Part shown: positions 62,070-64,000 of the stretch, piece by piece | Numbering within the stretch: position 1 is the first letter of the stretch | Layout: each line of letters opens with the position of its first letter | Assembly (NCBI GenBank): GCA_030829985.1 | Contig: JAURNW010000024.1 | Coordinates: forward strand, 95 to 64,094 | DNA length: 64,000 nucleotides | Origin: Gammaproteobacteria bacterium | Lineage (GTDB): Bacteria; Pseudomonadota; Gammaproteobacteria; Eutrophobiales; Eutrophobiaceae | Reading direction: 5' to 3' | The notes under the pieces: model-generated | The model's database searches: none | What the model saw: only the letters and a program-made list of their open reading frames with translations | Told to the model about the DNA's origin: nothing | Made by a program: the position numbers and the translations under genes

Positions 62070-64000
62070 TATGTTTAACCACCCTGAAAATTTAAAACAA
62101 TCCCTGACCAGCGCATTAGAAAATAAAGGCGCGGCTTATAAGCCACGCACACGTTATCTCGATGAGAATCAGCAACCCATCTATATAAACAGATTAATAC
62201 TCGAAGACTCACCCTATCTGTTACAGCATGCGCATAATCCGGTCGACTGGTTTCCATGGGGTGACGAAGCGTTTAAAAAAGCCGCTCAAGAAAACAAACC
62301 GGTATTTCTTTCTATCGGCTATTCGACCTGTCACTGGTGCCATGTCATGGAAGAAGAAAGTTTCGATAATGAAGAAATTGCAAAACACATGAATAACTTC
62401 TTTGTCTGTATCAAAGTCGATCGTGAATGTCATCCAGATGTTGATACTTACTACATGACGGCGGTGATGATGATGCAAGGCCATGGTGGCTGGCCTATGA
62501 GCAGTTTTTTAACGCCTGAAAGAAAACCGTTCTTTGGCGGCACCTACTACCAACCAGAGCAATTCATAACCTTAATGAATCGGGTTGATGAACTCTGGCA
62601 TAAACAAAATGCTGATTTACTTGAACAATCCAATAGCATCAATGAACGCGTTGCAGGCGCCATGCAGACACGACGATCGTTGAACGAAATCGGTGCTAAC
62701 GTGATCGATGTCACCGCTCAAACGATTATGAATCACCATGATGAATTTAATGGTGGCTTTGGCCAGGCACCAAAGTTTCCCAATGAACCATATCTTTATT
62801 TCCTGCTTGATTATGCAGTTTTATCGGGCAAAGAAGATGTCTTAAGTGCTGTTACGAAAACACTGCACATTCAGAGTTGCGGTGGTATTTATGATCAGAT
62901 TGCCGGTGGCTTTCATCGTTATGCAACCGACCAGAATTGGTTGATTCCGCATTTTGAAAAAATGCTCTATAACCAGGCAAACTTATCCTTTGTATTAACA
63001 CAGGCGTACATGATTACGAGCGCAAAGGATTTTAAACGTGTGGCTTGTGAAACGCTGGATTATGTCATTCGTGAAATGACGAACGAGGCAGGCGGTTTTT
63101 ATTCCGCCACCGATGCTGACAGTGAAGGCGAAGAAGGACTGTTTTTTATATGGGATAAAACAAAAATTGAATCCTTGCTAAAAGAGAATGCAGATGAGTT
63201 TATTAAACTTTACCAAGTCACTGACACTGGTAATTTTGAAGGAAAGAATATCCTTAATTTAAATCTATCCTTAGAAACCTATGCTGATGAAAATGATATT
63301 GATTATGATGCCCTGGTAACTCGACTGGCAAACAGTAAACGAATCCTGTGGGAAACTCGTGAAAAACGTATCCCGCCATTGCGTGACGACAAGATTATTA
63401 CTGCCTGGAATGCCATGATGATTAAATCATTTGCCTATGCCGGACAACAACTCAACAGACAGGACTATTTAGACACCGCAATCAGGGCGGCGGATAATCT
63501 CTTGAGATCGAATCAAACTGATAACGGACAATTGAGTCGTTCAAGTTTGGCAGGGCAAGCATCTATCCCGGCCTTACAGGAAGATTATGCTTACTTTGCA
63601 GAAGCACTATTACAAATCTATGATGCCACACTGGATAGACAATGGCTGGACCATGCATCGAGATTAACTAATGACATGATCGATAACTTTTGGGATAAAA
63701 CTAATGGTGGCTTTTTCATGGGCAAGCAAAGCGAAAATAGTTTATTGCCAACATCACCAAAGGAGATCAATGATAACGCAACTTCATCGGGTAATTCAGT
63801 TGCCTTAAAAACGCTGGTTCGGTTAGCACGCCGCTCAGCGGATACGCGCTATCAAACAACAGCGCAGCAACTAATAATGGCCTATTCTCATGACATTACT
63901 CAACGTCCCTATATCTGCAGTTACCTTATGTGTGGCATGCTGGAGATGTTTGCTGGAGAGCAGTCACCACAACAATGGTGTGCTGAAGGCAATGTCTTTA
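62070..64000 (+). CDS. Thioredoxin-domain protein of the YyaL/DUF255 family, 3'-partial (runs off the window end)
   Basis: ATG at 62070; open frame to 64000 (the ORF track lists no plus-strand ORF here, only the antisense ORFs rejected below). N-terminal [12 protein letters not shown] thioredoxin-like CxxC and an FPWGDEAF motif. Confidence 0.75.

Noticed and set aside
62075-62484. Two minus-strand ORFs (60 and 87 aa) after dolP
   Set aside because: They overlap the 5' end of a long plus-strand thioredoxin-domain (YyaL-like) gene that runs off the window end. The plus-strand reading has clear conserved motifs.

Overview
This window is a low-GC gammaproteobacterial chromosomal segment with Pseudomonas-like gene order. 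Almost all of it is conserved housekeeping. The exception is roughly 8..9500, an apparent sugar-modification island wedged between the type IVa major pilin gene pilA and the pilS-pilR two-component genes.

Order along the window:
- 8..9504: a GT-C glycosyltransferase with a C-terminal TPR domain lies directly downstream of pilA. Divergent from pilA are a methyltransferase/GT2 fusion, a DPM1-like GT2, a SAM methyltransferase, a second GT-C membrane protein, a GDP-mannose-4,6-dehydratase-like enzyme and a sugar C-methyltransferase.
- 9575..28172: pilR and pilS, sucCD, nadE, bamD, rluD, pgeF, a glutamate-dehydrogenase-family gene, clpB (sigma-32 promoter), then pilB, pilC, pilD and coaE.
- 28179..36558: zapD, yacG, a MutT/ThiE-like fusion, argJ, secA, an M23 peptidase, a small DUF721-like gene and lpxC.
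- 36698..54304: the complete division/cell-wall cluster ftsZ, ftsA, ftsQ, ddl, murB, murC, murG, ftsW, murD, mraY, murF, murE, ftsI, ftsL, rsmH and mraZ, with a recognisable sigma-70 promoter and three MraZ-operator repeats.
- 54556..64000: a ytoQ-like gene plus a Sel1-repeat gene, RNase P RNA (rnpB, minus strand), a higB-higA toxin-antitoxin pair, rsgA (apparently using a non-ATG start), rsmI, then lpoA, yraN, an SIS-domain gene and dolP, and a partial thioredoxin-domain (YyaL-like) gene running off the end.

The main candidate for something new is a polyprenyl-phosphate-sugar based protein-O-glycosylation system for the pilin. Its parts would be a PMT/TMTC-like GT-C with TPR domain, a polyprenyl-P-hexose synthase, a second GT-C, methyltransferases and a C-methylated 6-deoxyhexose pathway.

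Everything here is inferred by eye from motifs and gene order. No database search was possible.
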